From positions 486,002 to 550,001 of the forward strand of contig DYGS01000001.1 in assembly GCA_020724585.1 (NCBI GenBank): a stretch of 64,000 nucleotides of DNA, written 5' to 3'. Source of the DNA: Candidatus Microgenomatus sp. (GTDB taxonomy: Bacteria; Patescibacteriota; Microgenomatia; UBA8517). Below are positions 31,842-40,960 of the stretch, one piece after another. A program made the position numbers and the translations under genes. Within the stretch, counting starts at the first letter, position 1. Each line of letters begins with the position of its first letter. Under the pieces are notes generated by a model. That model had not been told where the DNA came from, did not search any database, and saw only the letters and a list, made by a program, of their open reading frames with translations.

Positions 31842-32609
31842 ATCGCTACCCACTTCGTTTGTCTCCTCTACCTCGCATCCCAATGATTTAGCAAGAGAAA
31901 TGATTTCATCTGTTTTCATTTTAAATTTAAAAATACATCCTTTGTCTACGACCTCTTTTCTTTTATAACTGCCTACTTTTAATCCCGCAGATTTAATAAT
32001 TTCCGAAAAATTTTCTGCCCCATCAATACTTCCAGTCGAATCTACTACTTCTATTGATTTATAGTTTTCTGCTAATTCAACATCATAAAAATTAACCAAT
32101 ATCTCGTTTGGCTGACGGCCAACTTTTTTGATATTTAATTCAACGATCTCCGATCTTATTATCCCCTTTTCAAATGAGGTTACAAAAATATTCATTAGTT
32201 TAGGTAAATTTGTCCTATTTTCGCTCTTATAATAATGTATTGGTAGGTAAAAATTTTTAATGATCGTATCAGTCAAAAGACCGCCTTTTAACTTCTCATT
32301 TTGATCAAGCAGCCAAACATTTCCAAGTTTGTATTCACCGTAATTTCTGGCAGAATCAACAGTCAAATTGCTATCGATGCTTATTTTTATGAATTTATTA
32401 TTTTTATTATCAACAATGTTTATGTATATTGGCTCACCGCTCCTCCCCACTTTTACATATATTATGCTATCAATTTTTTTAAGCATCAAAAAAACAGCTG
32501 CAGCCACGGACGAAATGGCAATTAACATTGCCAAGATTAAAAAACTAATATAAAATTTTATCCTTTTTCTTTTTTCTTTCTGGTGTTTAATTTTTTTAAG
32601 TCTTCGCAT
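31800..32609 (-). CDS. Membrane-anchored hypothetical protein with a LytR C-terminal-like domain
   Basis: Basic N-terminus, TM segment, C-terminal IEVVDSTG..G.A...DLEVILG motif. Confidence 0.6.
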   Translation of the reverse strand: MRRLKKIKHQKEKRKRIKFYISFLILAMLIAISSVAAAVFLMLKKIDSIIYVKVGRSGEPIYINIVDNKNNKFIKISIDSNLTVDSARNYGEYKLGNVWLLDQNEKLKGGLLTDTIIKNFYLPIHYYKSENRTNLPKLMNIFVTSFEKGIIRSEIVELNIKKVGRQPNEILVNFYDVELAENYKSIEVVDSTGSIDGAENFSEIIKSAGLKVGSYKRKEVVDKGCIFKFKMKTDEIISLAKSLGCEVEETNEVGSDLEVILGLQFSQRF

Positions 32610-34284
32610 GGGTTTTAATATACATCAATCGGTTAAAATTACTCCTTCCCATCTTGGTTATTCTTTTGCGGCTTAAGCCATGGGTTAAAAATATATGTCT
32701 CAAAAATTCACCCGCAACAATATCAGGATTTAGCACATAATCTGCTCCTGCTTCATAAAGTCTTAAAGACGACTCTCTATCTTCACTGCTCCCTATAAAA
32801 ATCGGCCTTGGAGAATGATTTTTAATTGATGACAAAACTGACAGATTTTCTTCCAAATTTGGAACTGTGCAGATAATCATTTTTGAGTCGGCGAGCTTTA
32901 CTTTTTCCTGAATTTCAGTATCTAATATATCACCCAAGATAGTATTTATATTTTCGCTCGTGAGGCTTATAAAAACTGATGGGTTAAAGTCAACTACAAC
33001 AATGGGAATTTCTCTTTTTAAAAAATAGGGAAGTAAAAGTCTTCCAATTTTGTCGGCGCCTATTAAAACAACATGGTTTTTAATATCTATCTCTTTTTCA
33101 AAAACCGATTCATTTGTTGTTCTTCTTTCAAAAATCTTGAGTAAGTTTTTTAAATATTTATAAATCCTTTCAGATTCCATAATAAGATATGTTGACGCTG
33201 TCATAGTTATAGCTCCAACCAATATGATTAAGGTTAAGGCGCTATCGTCTAAATGCCCCAAGGACCTGCCCATTGCCATTAAAATAAATGAAAATTCCGA
33301 GATCTGAGCAACCGTCACCGAAGCCAGAAAAGAAGTTCTGCTTTTATGCCCCAATAGTCCCATTATCGTCATGACAATTAAAGGGTTTCCTATCAATACA
33401 AAAAGTGACAGTAAAATTGCTTTAGGAAGAAGGTTAAAAGCATCCCAAACAACTAGTTGACTTCCCAAGGAAACAAAAAACAGAGTTAGGAAAAAATCTC
33501 GAAGCGACCTTGTTTTTGAGGCTATGCCAAAATGTTGGGGCAAATTTGAAAGAGCAAGACCTGCCAAAAAACCTCCTATTTCAAAACTAAATCCAAGCGG
33601 TCCCTCAACAAATGAGGCCATTCCCAGTGCCCAAGCTATGCTGATAATAAACAAAAGCTCTTGCGACTGCCCCACAATCTTTGCAAAAATTGTTGGCAAT
33701 ATTTTTTTTGACAACTGCCAAATTACAAAAATCAAGAGACACGATTTTAATAAAGTTAAAAGGACGGAAAAGTAACTTAAATTATTATCTTTAAGTCCCG
33801 CCAGAATAACCAAAAGAAGGACAGCAACAAAATCCTGAACTAACAAAAATCCAACAGAAATTTTACCGTATAAACTTCCTAAATCTTTTTTTTCCGATAA
33901 AAGTTTCACTATTATAATGGTTGAGGAAAAAGTCAAAGCTATGGCGATATAAATCGCGGGTAGTGTATTAAACCCGAGTGCAGATGCGATCAAAAAACCA
34001 AAAGCGGCTGTAAAAATGATCTGTCCCAATCCCGTTGATAATGCCGCCTTCCCCACCCCTGCAATATCCCGAGCATTCATTTCAATACCAACCAAAAACA
34101 AAAGTAGAGCAACTCCTATCTTGCCAAGCATTTCAAAAGATTTGTGATCCGAAAGCATGCCCGTTGAAGCTAAAAACATGCCCGCAAACAAAAAACCTAT
34201 CAAAATTGGCTGTTTAAAAAATCTTGCAAAAATGCCAAAGACTGCAGATACACCCAAAAGCAGCGACAAACTATTAAGTTCCAT
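32596..34284 (-). CDS. CPA2 cation:proton antiporter with TrkA-N/RCK domain (Kef-like)
   Basis: LLFLVGIE, FSSTIIIVKLL, QD, LRDFF, QISEFSFI, GADYV. Confidence 0.92.
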   Translation of the reverse strand: MELNSLSLLLGVSAVFGIFARFFKQPILIGFLFAGMFLASTGMLSDHKSFEMLGKIGVALLLFLVGIEMNARDIAGVGKAALSTGLGQIIFTAAFGFLIASALGFNTLPAIYIAIALTFSSTIIIVKLLSEKKDLGSLYGKISVGFLLVQDFVAVLLLVILAGLKDNNLSYFSVLLTLLKSCLLIFVIWQLSKKILPTIFAKIVGQSQELLFIISIAWALGMASFVEGPLGFSFEIGGFLAGLALSNLPQHFGIASKTRSLRDFFLTLFFVSLGSQLVVWDAFNLLPKAILLSLFVLIGNPLIVMTIMGLLGHKSRTSFLASVTVAQISEFSFILMAMGRSLGHLDDSALTLIILVGAITMTASTYLIMESERIYKYLKNLLKIFERRTTNESVFEKEIDIKNHVVLIGADKIGRLLLPYFLKREIPIVVVDFNPSVFISLTSENINTILGDILDTEIQEKVKLADSKMIICTVPNLEENLSVLSSIKNHSPRPIFIGSSEDRESSLRLYEAGADYVLNPDIVAGEFLRHIFLTHGLSRKRITKMGRSNFNRLMYIKTHAKT

Positions 34285-34302
34285 AAATCTTATCTTTTAA
34301 GC

Positions 34303-35004
34303 TTAGCTCAATTTTTGCAATATGTCATTAAGATCTTGGGGCAAATCGGAATTGATCTCTAAAACATTCAAAGTTTTCGGGTGAACAAATTTAATATAGC
34401 CTGCATGCAAAAATAATCTCCCACACCATTTTCTGTCTTGCCGAGCAGTTTTCCTGCCAGCGTAAAATTCATCTCCTACAATGGGATGCCCAATGTGTTT
34501 TAAATGGATTCTGATTTGATGAGTACGACCGGTTTTTGGCTTCAGTTCAAGTAATGTAAATTTTTCATTCTTAATATCTATATATTTAATCACCTTATAT
34601 CCGGTTGTTGCTTCCCGACCATTAGGCAACACCCCAAATCTATCTCTCCTCCAAGGAAGTCTTCCCACCGAAGCATCAATAAGACCAAAGCTTTGCTTTA
34701 GCCGTCCATGCACCAACGCCATATATCTCTTTTCTATAATTCTCTCTTTAAACTGCCTCTGCAAATTTTCAAATGACTCCTTTGTTTTTGCAATCAAAAG
34801 TAGCCCCGAGGTTTCCTTATCCAGTCGGTGGACTATGCCGTGTCTGAATTCTTGAAAGTTGAAAATTGGCAATTGGTAATTTTTGGCAATCCAATCCTCA
34901 ACCACAGGCTGGGAGCCGGTGGTGTTTGCCCAGTTAGTTATCCAACCTGACGGTTTATCAATTACCAAAATCTCACTGTCTTGGTAAATTACTTTTGGAG
35001 TCAT
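34303..35004 (-). CDS. RluA-family pseudouridine synthase
   Basis: IDKPSG, HRLDKETSG, TGRTHQIRIH, LFLHA. Confidence 0.95.
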   Translation of the reverse strand: MTPKVIYQDSEILVIDKPSGWITNWANTTGSQPVVEDWIAKNYQLPIFNFQEFRHGIVHRLDKETSGLLLIAKTKESFENLQRQFKERIIEKRYMALVHGRLKQSFGLIDASVGRLPWRRDRFGVLPNGREATTGYKVIKYIDIKNEKFTLLELKPKTGRTHQIRIHLKHIGHPIVGDEFYAGRKTARQDRKWCGRLFLHAGYIKFVHPKTLNVLEINSDLPQDLNDILQKLS

Positions 35005-35390
35005 TTCGCCTTTTTCTCTGCCTTTTTCTCACAACTTACACATTTTGTGGCTTCAGGAGTAATTGCTAGTCTATCCGTATCAATCATTTTGCCGCAGACC
35101 TCGCAAGTTCCATATTTGCCCTGTTTTATGCGTCCAAGAGCTTTTTTAATCTGTTCTGATTTATTACTTAATTCTTTTTTAATAGCTAAAACCCTGGCAT
35201 GACCAAATTGTTCCTCTGCTTCAGTATCTGTCGCGGCATTATCAAGCGTCCGAGCTTTATCGTTAAATGGATCCTCTGACGATATTTTCTTCCTATTTAT
35301 TTTGAGCTTCGCAAGCTGAGCCTTCAAGAAATTGGCAACAGGCAATAAAATTTGGGATGGGAATCTAATCTTTTGCATATGACAGAACAA
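35001..35390 (-). CDS. TraR/DksA C4 zinc-finger protein
   Basis: AL.RI..G.YG.CEVC..I...RL...PEA..CVSC. Confidence 0.9.
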   Translation of the reverse strand: MFCHMQKIRFPSQILLPVANFLKAQLAKLKINRKKISSEDPFNDKARTLDNAATDTEAEEQFGHARVLAIKKELSNKSEQIKKALGRIKQGKYGTCEVCGKMIDTDRLAITPEATKCVSCEKKAEKKAK

Positions 35391-35928
35391 ATAATAGCAC
35401 TAAACTTGAAAAAACTAAAGCAAGAGAAAAATAAAGTTCAATTCCTGTTGAAACAAAAGATTTTACCAAAAACGCTAAAAACAAAGTTACTACCCCCGAA
35501 AATCCTATTCTGCCCGATTTATACCATGTAAATTTTTTATAATTGGCATTCAAGAAGAAGTAAATAAAAATTAAAACAAGGCAAACCCAAAAAGCCAAAA
35601 AGTTATATAAGCTTCTTTCCTTTACAGCATCAGTTAAAAATAAAAGCGATATCCAAGGAAGATAAGAGACAGTAATTGCATCTAGACTCTCAAAAAAGTT
35701 AATTTTCATCCTATAAATGCCGGCTAAATAGAAAATAAACCCGGATGCAAAAGAGACCCAAAATTGATAGTTTACTGCAAAATAAACTGAAACTATTTTT
35801 CCTATTAAAACCCCCGCCAAAACAAGAACTGCCAAGTTAAAAACTTTTTCAGGAGCGTAATCCTCTTTAAGCCGCTTCCAAAAAAGATAGAGGTAAAGTG
35901 TTATACCCAAAAAATTTGCAATTAACAT
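35365..35928 (-). CDS. Membrane hypothetical protein (possibly Lgt-like)
   Basis: Multiple TM segments, FTWYKSGRIGF. Confidence 0.65.
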   Translation of the reverse strand: MLIANFLGITLYLYLFWKRLKEDYAPEKVFNLAVLVLAGVLIGKIVSVYFAVNYQFWVSFASGFIFYLAGIYRMKINFFESLDAITVSYLPWISLLFLTDAVKERSLYNFLAFWVCLVLIFIYFFLNANYKKFTWYKSGRIGFSGVVTLFLAFLVKSFVSTGIELYFSLALVFSSLVLLFVLSYAKD

Positions 35929-35955
35929 TTAAGATATATTATCATAATAAGCACG

Positions 35956-36417
35956 ATGCTTGAAACTCCGCATGTAGCCTTGGGTATTGCAGTTGCCAAA
36001 ACAGTTCCGAATCCTTTAATTTCTATACCTCTTTCGTTTGCGGGGCATTTTTTGCTTGATATGATCCCCCATTGGAATCCCCACTTAAACACAGAGATTA
36101 AAAAATTTGGAAAACTAACAAATAATACATTGTTTATCATTGGACTAGACGCACTAAGCGCTATTTTATTTGTTTACTTTAGCTATAACTTCTTTTCCCA
36201 TGATCCGCTTCTTTCATCTTCTATTCTTTTCTCTTCTTTTGCATCGGTTCTTCCTGACGCTATTGAAGCCCCGTATTATTTAATGGGTATCAAAAATAAA
36301 TTTTTGAACTATTGGATTAAATTCCAGAAATCAATTCAGGCGGATGCTAACCTATTTTGGGGAATTGTCACACAAGTTGCAGTTTTAGCTCTTAGCGCGT
36401 TCTATATATTCTCCTGA
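35956..36417 (+). CDS. Membrane protein, putative metal-dependent hydrolase
   Basis: TPHVALG, GHFLLDMIPHW, SVLPD motifs. Confidence 0.7.
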   Translation: MLETPHVALGIAVAKTVPNPLISIPLSFAGHFLLDMIPHWNPHLNTEIKKFGKLTNNTLFIIGLDALSAILFVYFSYNFFSHDPLLSSSILFSSFASVLPDAIEAPYYLMGIKNKFLNYWIKFQKSIQADANLFWGIVTQVAVLALSAFYIFS

Positions 36418-36972
36418 TCTTGTATCGACAATTATTTTCTCGCCTTGTTTTATAAACAAAGGTACTTTTGTTTCCAATCCGTTAGAAAGTTTTGCTGATT
36501 TGTATAAATTGCTAACAGAATTGCCTTTGACTCCAGGATCACACTCAACAACCTCAAGGGTAATTTTTGGAGGAAGATCAACTGACATTGGTCGGCTTCC
36601 TGCATGAGACGGCAAGTCCCAAAACACTATATCCGCATTTTCACCTTCTTTAAGATAGTAAACATCGTCACCTAAAACAGCAAGAGGAACCTCTATTTGA
36701 TCAAAGGTTGCAGGATCCATAAAATAAGCATTTTTATCGTCTTTATATAAATACTGAAGTTTGCGTTTAGATAAACTCACCTCTTCAAAAGACAAATTTG
36801 AAGAAAATGCATGTTCAACATTGGACCCGTTTTCAAGATTAACGCACGAAACTCTAACAGTTGCGCCGCCTCTGCCCATTTTAATCAGGGAGTACTTTTT
36901 GACCTTAAAGGGCTTCCCTTCATATAAAAAGGCCAGACCAGCTCTTAAATCCGTAGCATTTACGCTTGCCAT
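36385..36972 (-). CDS. efp: Elongation factor P
   Basis: QYLY, FMD..TFDQ, PGVKGNS, VPLFI..GE.I.VDTR.G.Y..RA. Confidence 0.97.
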   Translation of the reverse strand: MASVNATDLRAGLAFLYEGKPFKVKKYSLIKMGRGGATVRVSCVNLENGSNVEHAFSSNLSFEEVSLSKRKLQYLYKDDKNAYFMDPATFDQIEVPLAVLGDDVYYLKEGENADIVFWDLPSHAGSRPMSVDLPPKITLEVVECDPGVKGNSVSNLYKSAKLSNGLETKVPLFIKQGEKIIVDTRSGEYIERAKS

Positions 36973-37018
36973 AATTTTTGACTATTGTACCTAAAAAAAT
37001 AGTATAATACCAGATATT

Positions 37019-37102
37019 GGTGCGGTGCTGGAATTGGTATACAGGTTAGTCTCAAAAACTAATGGTGGCAACACCACGAGGGTTCGAATCCCTCTCGCAC
37101 CA
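37019..37102 (+). tRNA. tRNA-Leu(CAA), CCA not encoded
   Basis: Acceptor GGTGCGG/TCGCACC, anticodon arm TTAGT-CTCAAAA-ACTAA, long variable arm TGGTG-GCAA-CACCA, T arm GAGGG-TTCGAAT-CCCTC. Confidence 0.95.
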
Positions 37103-38615
37103 CAAGACAGCGACCTGTCGGGTCGGCGCAAAGCGCCGACCAAGCGTTTCTCCCATCCCCTCGGACAGTTTTGTTTTCTAAAAAGAGGTCTGAGCCGAAG
37201 ATTTTTGCGGCGAAGACCTTTTTAAGTTGCAAGTCCGCAGACTTGGCAACTTGTTCTACTTCTGTAGCCTCAGAAATCCAGTTTTTGAAAGGTTCGATCC
37301 AACTCCCTTGATGTTTTTTGTTGTTAATAATTTGTTCTTCAAAAGTTTTCTTTTGAGATACAAGTTGGAGCTTACTTTCTTGAAATGTTTCTTTATCTAT
37401 AATTTGATCTAAGTAACTATCTAGGAGTAACTTTAGTTTAATATCAATTGCTTCAACTTGTTGTCTTTTCAAATTATTAACCTCAAGGGAGGACTTGGCT
37501 AAATCAGATTCTTCTTTTTTAAGTCTTAATAACATCTGATTAGCCCAAGTCTTTTTCAAAGAATACTTTTTGAGAATATTGGTTAATTGTTGATCAAGAT
37601 CATCTTCTGTGATGTGAGGTTGAGAACAGGAGATTAGCTTATTTTTCTTGGTACAGTGATAATAATGATAAGTTACTTCTCTATTAGTACCTTTGTAGAA
37701 TTTAGTTTTATAATCTCCTGTTATCATCATTCCACACTCACCACACCTTAAAATGCCGTTATATGGCTTAATTGGGTGATCTTGATCTGCTTTTACCCAA
37801 GGGCCATTTCTAATCTTTATAACTTCTTGGACTTTATCAAAAAGTTTCTTTGAAATAATTGGATCGTATCTGCCCTCATATACTTCACCTCCATATTTAA
37901 AAACTCCGTAGTAAAATGAATTTGTAAGTAACTTTTTAGTTTTATCTATCCTTAAATTTTTATTCTTAGAGGTAATAATACCTTTTGATGCTAAAAAGCT
38001 AGAAACTTTCTTTATTTGTATATCTCCTTTGGAATACATTTCAAAAGCCTTAATAATATGTGGTGCAACTTTTTTATTAATAACTATTGATTTATCTCTA
38101 CTGTCATTTAAATATCCAAGAGGAGATCTCCCTGGCATGAAACCGTTTCTAGCTTTTTGCCTTAACCCACGACGAGTGTTTTCACTTAAACTGTCAACAT
38201 AATACTTGCTTTGGCTAAACGAAATTGAAAGCATGAACTTCCCTTGAGGAGTGGGTTCAAACCAAAAGGTATTAAACTTGAGGGCAGATATTTTTCCTGT
38301 ATCTATTAAATAAATAATTCTTCCTCCATCTACTGAGTTTCTTGCCAAACGATCTGGATGCCATGAAATTATTCCAGAAGCACGACCTTTTTCAATACTG
38401 TCTAACATTTTATTAAAAATAGGACGTCCAGGAATCTTGGCAGATTGTTTCTCCACTAATTCTTCTACGATTGTTAGTCCCTCACGTTTGGCAAGTAAAC
38501 GAAGTTCATCAAGTTGACCTTCTATTGATTGTACTTGCATATCCTCAACATCTGTTGATTTACGAGCATACAGGAAAAATTTTTGTGCTATTGGATTATT
38601 TACAATTGTAGCCAT
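37059..38615 (-). CDS. Large serine recombinase/integrase (resolvase + recombinase + Zn-ribbon + coiled coil)
   Basis: YARKST catalytic Ser, SAK..GRP.F, PDRLARN, PLGY, CGECG...YYHC; likely ATG 38615; reads through attL into the tRNA antisense. Confidence 0.95.
   Translation of the reverse strand: MATIVNNPIAQKFFLYARKSTDVEDMQVQSIEGQLDELRLLAKREGLTIVEELVEKQSAKIPGRPIFNKMLDSIEKGRASGIISWHPDRLARNSVDGGRIIYLIDTGKISALKFNTFWFEPTPQGKFMLSISFSQSKYYVDSLSENTRRGLRQKARNGFMPGRSPLGYLNDSRDKSIVINKKVAPHIIKAFEMYSKGDIQIKKVSSFLASKGIITSKNKNLRIDKTKKLLTNSFYYGVFKYGGEVYEGRYDPIISKKLFDKVQEVIKIRNGPWVKADQDHPIKPYNGILRCGECGMMITGDYKTKFYKGTNREVTYHYYHCTKKNKLISCSQPHITEDDLDQQLTNILKKYSLKKTWANQMLLRLKKEESDLAKSSLEVNNLKRQQVEAIDIKLKLLLDSYLDQIIDKETFQESKLQLVSQKKTFEEQIINNKKHQGSWIEPFKNWISEATEVEQVAKSADLQLKKVFAAKIFGSDLFLENKTVRGDGRNAWSALCADPTGRCLVVREGFEPSWCCHH
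37101..37167 (+). repeat. att arm A (67 bp) at attL; perfect inverted repeat of 38700-38766
   Basis: CACAAGACAGCGACCTGTCGGGTCGGCGCAAAGCGCCGACC...CCCCTCGGACA is the exact reverse complement of 38700-38766. Confidence 0.95.
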
Positions 38616-38699
38616 GCTACAATTATTTATACGCCCGTAAATAATCCAAATCAATATATCAAAATATCGCAATATTTTGACTCCTTAATTTGTAGTTTT

Positions 38700-39028
38700 T
38701 GTCCGAGGGGATGGGAGAAACGCTTGGTCGGCGCTTTGCGCCGACCCGACAGGTCGCTGTCTTGTGCCTTTGTATGAAAAGGCACGAACTTATTTTATTC
38801 AAAATTTCTAAAGTACAAAGCATATTTTATCACGAAAGTGACAAACTTGTTTACCACAAAATTTTGATGTGTGAGCGGAGCAACAAGGGAGGGGTTAAAG
38901 GGGAAGGAATTGTTGCGGAGCATCGGGTTCCCGCTCAGCTCCGCTTCGCGGAGCTTCGCTAACCCATATCGTGTGTGCGCTCCAGGCCTCCACTCGCTTC
39001 GCTCGTTTCGGCCTTCCGCTTACCCACT
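38700..39028 (-). repeat. Internal intact attP copy (arm B + CACAA core + arm A), inverted relative to the island ends
   Basis: Minus strand reads ...CATACAAAGG-CACAA-GACAGCGACC..., i.e. the right island end fused to the left island end. Confidence 0.9.
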
Positions 39029-39129
39029 GTGTTTTGTTGTTATGCCCAGCCCACGCTTACTGTTAACATAAAATACTCGTTTAACCTTATGAATACTTAT
39101 TTTATACAACTATGCCTGATGTAGCTTTG

Positions 39130-39645
39130 CTATTTCTTCCAAATTCCTATTTTATTTTGTTTTGCTTCTTCTTGTGCTTCTAATAATTGAACTTGATGAA
39201 TAAATGGCTTTCTTTTTTGATATATAACTAATTCAGCCATACCTTTTCGCACAAGTTCAATGGAGATGTTCTTTCCATCAATGATTGGATATGCAAGAAT
39301 TCTTCCAAATTTGTCTGAAGTATAATTGTCATATTCAAGTTTTATTTCTTTACCTTCAACTAAATTTCTATTTGCTTCAGTAGATTCTTTTTCAAAAGGT
39401 TCTCCAGTTTCAGGAGCTGTCATACCAACATATCGTAATACTGTACTGTTAAATAACTCCACAGTGTCTCCATCTATTACTCTTTTAACAACTGCAGTTT
39501 TGGGAAGTTTTGTAATATCATGGCTCTCAATTGCTTCTCTAGAATCTAAAACTTTTCTTATATCATCTTCATATTCTGTACCCTTTGCTAAATCCTTTAA
39601 ATTTTTAAGAAGATCAACTGGAACTAATACGAATTTATTATTCAT
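39130..39645 (-). CDS. Thermonuclease (SNase-like)
   Basis: RVIDGDTVEL, RYVGMTAPE, DKFGRILAY, LVRKGMA, AK..KIGIW. Confidence 0.92.
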   Translation of the reverse strand: MNNKFVLVPVDLLKNLKDLAKGTEYEDDIRKVLDSREAIESHDITKLPKTAVVKRVIDGDTVELFNSTVLRYVGMTAPETGEPFEKESTEANRNLVEGKEIKLEYDNYTSDKFGRILAYPIIDGKNISIELVRKGMAELVIYQKRKPFIHQVQLLEAQEEAKQNKIGIWKK

Positions 39646-39674
39646 AATTTAATAATACTACCTTTTAATTATCC

Positions 39675-40955
39675 TTAAAACCAATCCCATTCTGGATTAT
39701 CTACTTCCTCAATTTTACTTTTGTTCATCTTGAACATGTTATCCTCTAAAACTGTTTCCCATGTCCCTTGGTAATAATGTGTTTCAAGTTCTCCATCTAC
39801 CCAGTTTTGAGTTGAAAATTTTACATACACAGTATCTTTAGAATTTTCATACTTTTCTGTATTTATGACTTCAACGTCTAAAATATCTGTAAATCTATTC
39901 GTCCATTCAGTAAAGTTTGTTTTTTCTAAATATTTTGAACTTAACAATTCAAATCCTTTTTCCATTTGTCGTGCTTTTAGATATGTGTAAAAAGCAAAAA
40001 CAGCGTCTTCAGGAGATTTTGTAGGATCGACTTCAATCTTTGTGATTTCTTGATCAGTTAAGTTGTGTAAATTGTTTTTAACATCAAAAGCTGTGATAAA
40101 AAATGATATACCTGCCAAACTTTGTGTATTTACACCGACAAGATTACCACATTGATCAACCAATGGACCACCACTCATTCCTTTAACCAAACTAATATTT
40201 GTTTGAATATATCCTACAAAATCTCTCCTACTTCTTCTGAAATCAATAAAATTACCCTTAACAATTGTTGGATTACCTGTTATCTCAGACCCCAATGGGT
40301 AACCAGCAGAGAGTAATATTTCGTCGTCATGCAAATCATACAAATCTCGAAGCTCATATACTTTCTCGGGATAATTTCCTGCAAGTGTTAAAACTGCAAT
40401 ATCCATATTTTTGTCTCCAACTATCTTTATTGGGGTTTCAAAATGTCCATCAGAAAAAACAACTTTTGGGCTAGGTTCATCTGCGATTACATGGAAATTT
40501 GTTACAACTTCAGTTGGAGTTATAAAAAATCCTGATCCTTCGCCATATCCACCTATAATTCTAGCAACAGATGATTGAAGTTTTGTTTTTACTCCAACAT
40601 CGCACCACAATTTACTGATATCACCATATTGTCTAGTAATGTAATCAGCAATAACTAAAAGTGAAAAGCAAATATATATAGTTAACCCGAACCAAACAAT
40701 AGTTTTTATAAAATTAGTAAATTTCAAAAATGGCCACTTAATCAAGAACCAAAGTAATTTAAATAGCTTAATTAAAAATACTATTAAGAATTTAACAAAA
40801 TAATAAGTTGAATAAGTTAAAAGTTTGATTGGAAATAGATATAAAGGGAAAAGAAGCCGTTTTATATATTTTTTAAACTTATCAAGGAATATAGTAGCTT
40901 TACCATGAAGTATGTTTGAAATTTTATCAATATTTTTGTTTATAATATTTTTCAC
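39675..40955 (-). CDS. Membrane-anchored trypsin-like serine protease
   Basis: GSGFFI, TNFHVI, DIAVL, GMSGGPL catalytic triad; N-terminal TM segments. Confidence 0.85.
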   Translation of the reverse strand: MKNIINKNIDKISNILHGKATIFLDKFKKYIKRLLFPLYLFPIKLLTYSTYYFVKFLIVFLIKLFKLLWFLIKWPFLKFTNFIKTIVWFGLTIYICFSLLVIADYITRQYGDISKLWCDVGVKTKLQSSVARIIGGYGEGSGFFITPTEVVTNFHVIADEPSPKVVFSDGHFETPIKIVGDKNMDIAVLTLAGNYPEKVYELRDLYDLHDDEILLSAGYPLGSEITGNPTIVKGNFIDFRRSRRDFVGYIQTNISLVKGMSGGPLVDQCGNLVGVNTQSLAGISFFITAFDVKNNLHNLTDQEITKIEVDPTKSPEDAVFAFYTYLKARQMEKGFELLSSKYLEKTNFTEWTNRFTDILDVEVINTEKYENSKDTVYVKFSTQNWVDGELETHYYQGTWETVLEDNMFKMNKSKIEEVDNPEWDWF

Positions 40956-40960
40956 TTCTC

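Noticed and set aside
37025-37225. 66-aa ORF over the tRNA and attL
   Set aside because: It is a translation of the tRNA and the repeat
39029-39077. Imperfect hairpin as an integron attC site
   Set aside because: No convincing R/L box geometry, no IntI, and cargo genes lack recurring attC sites
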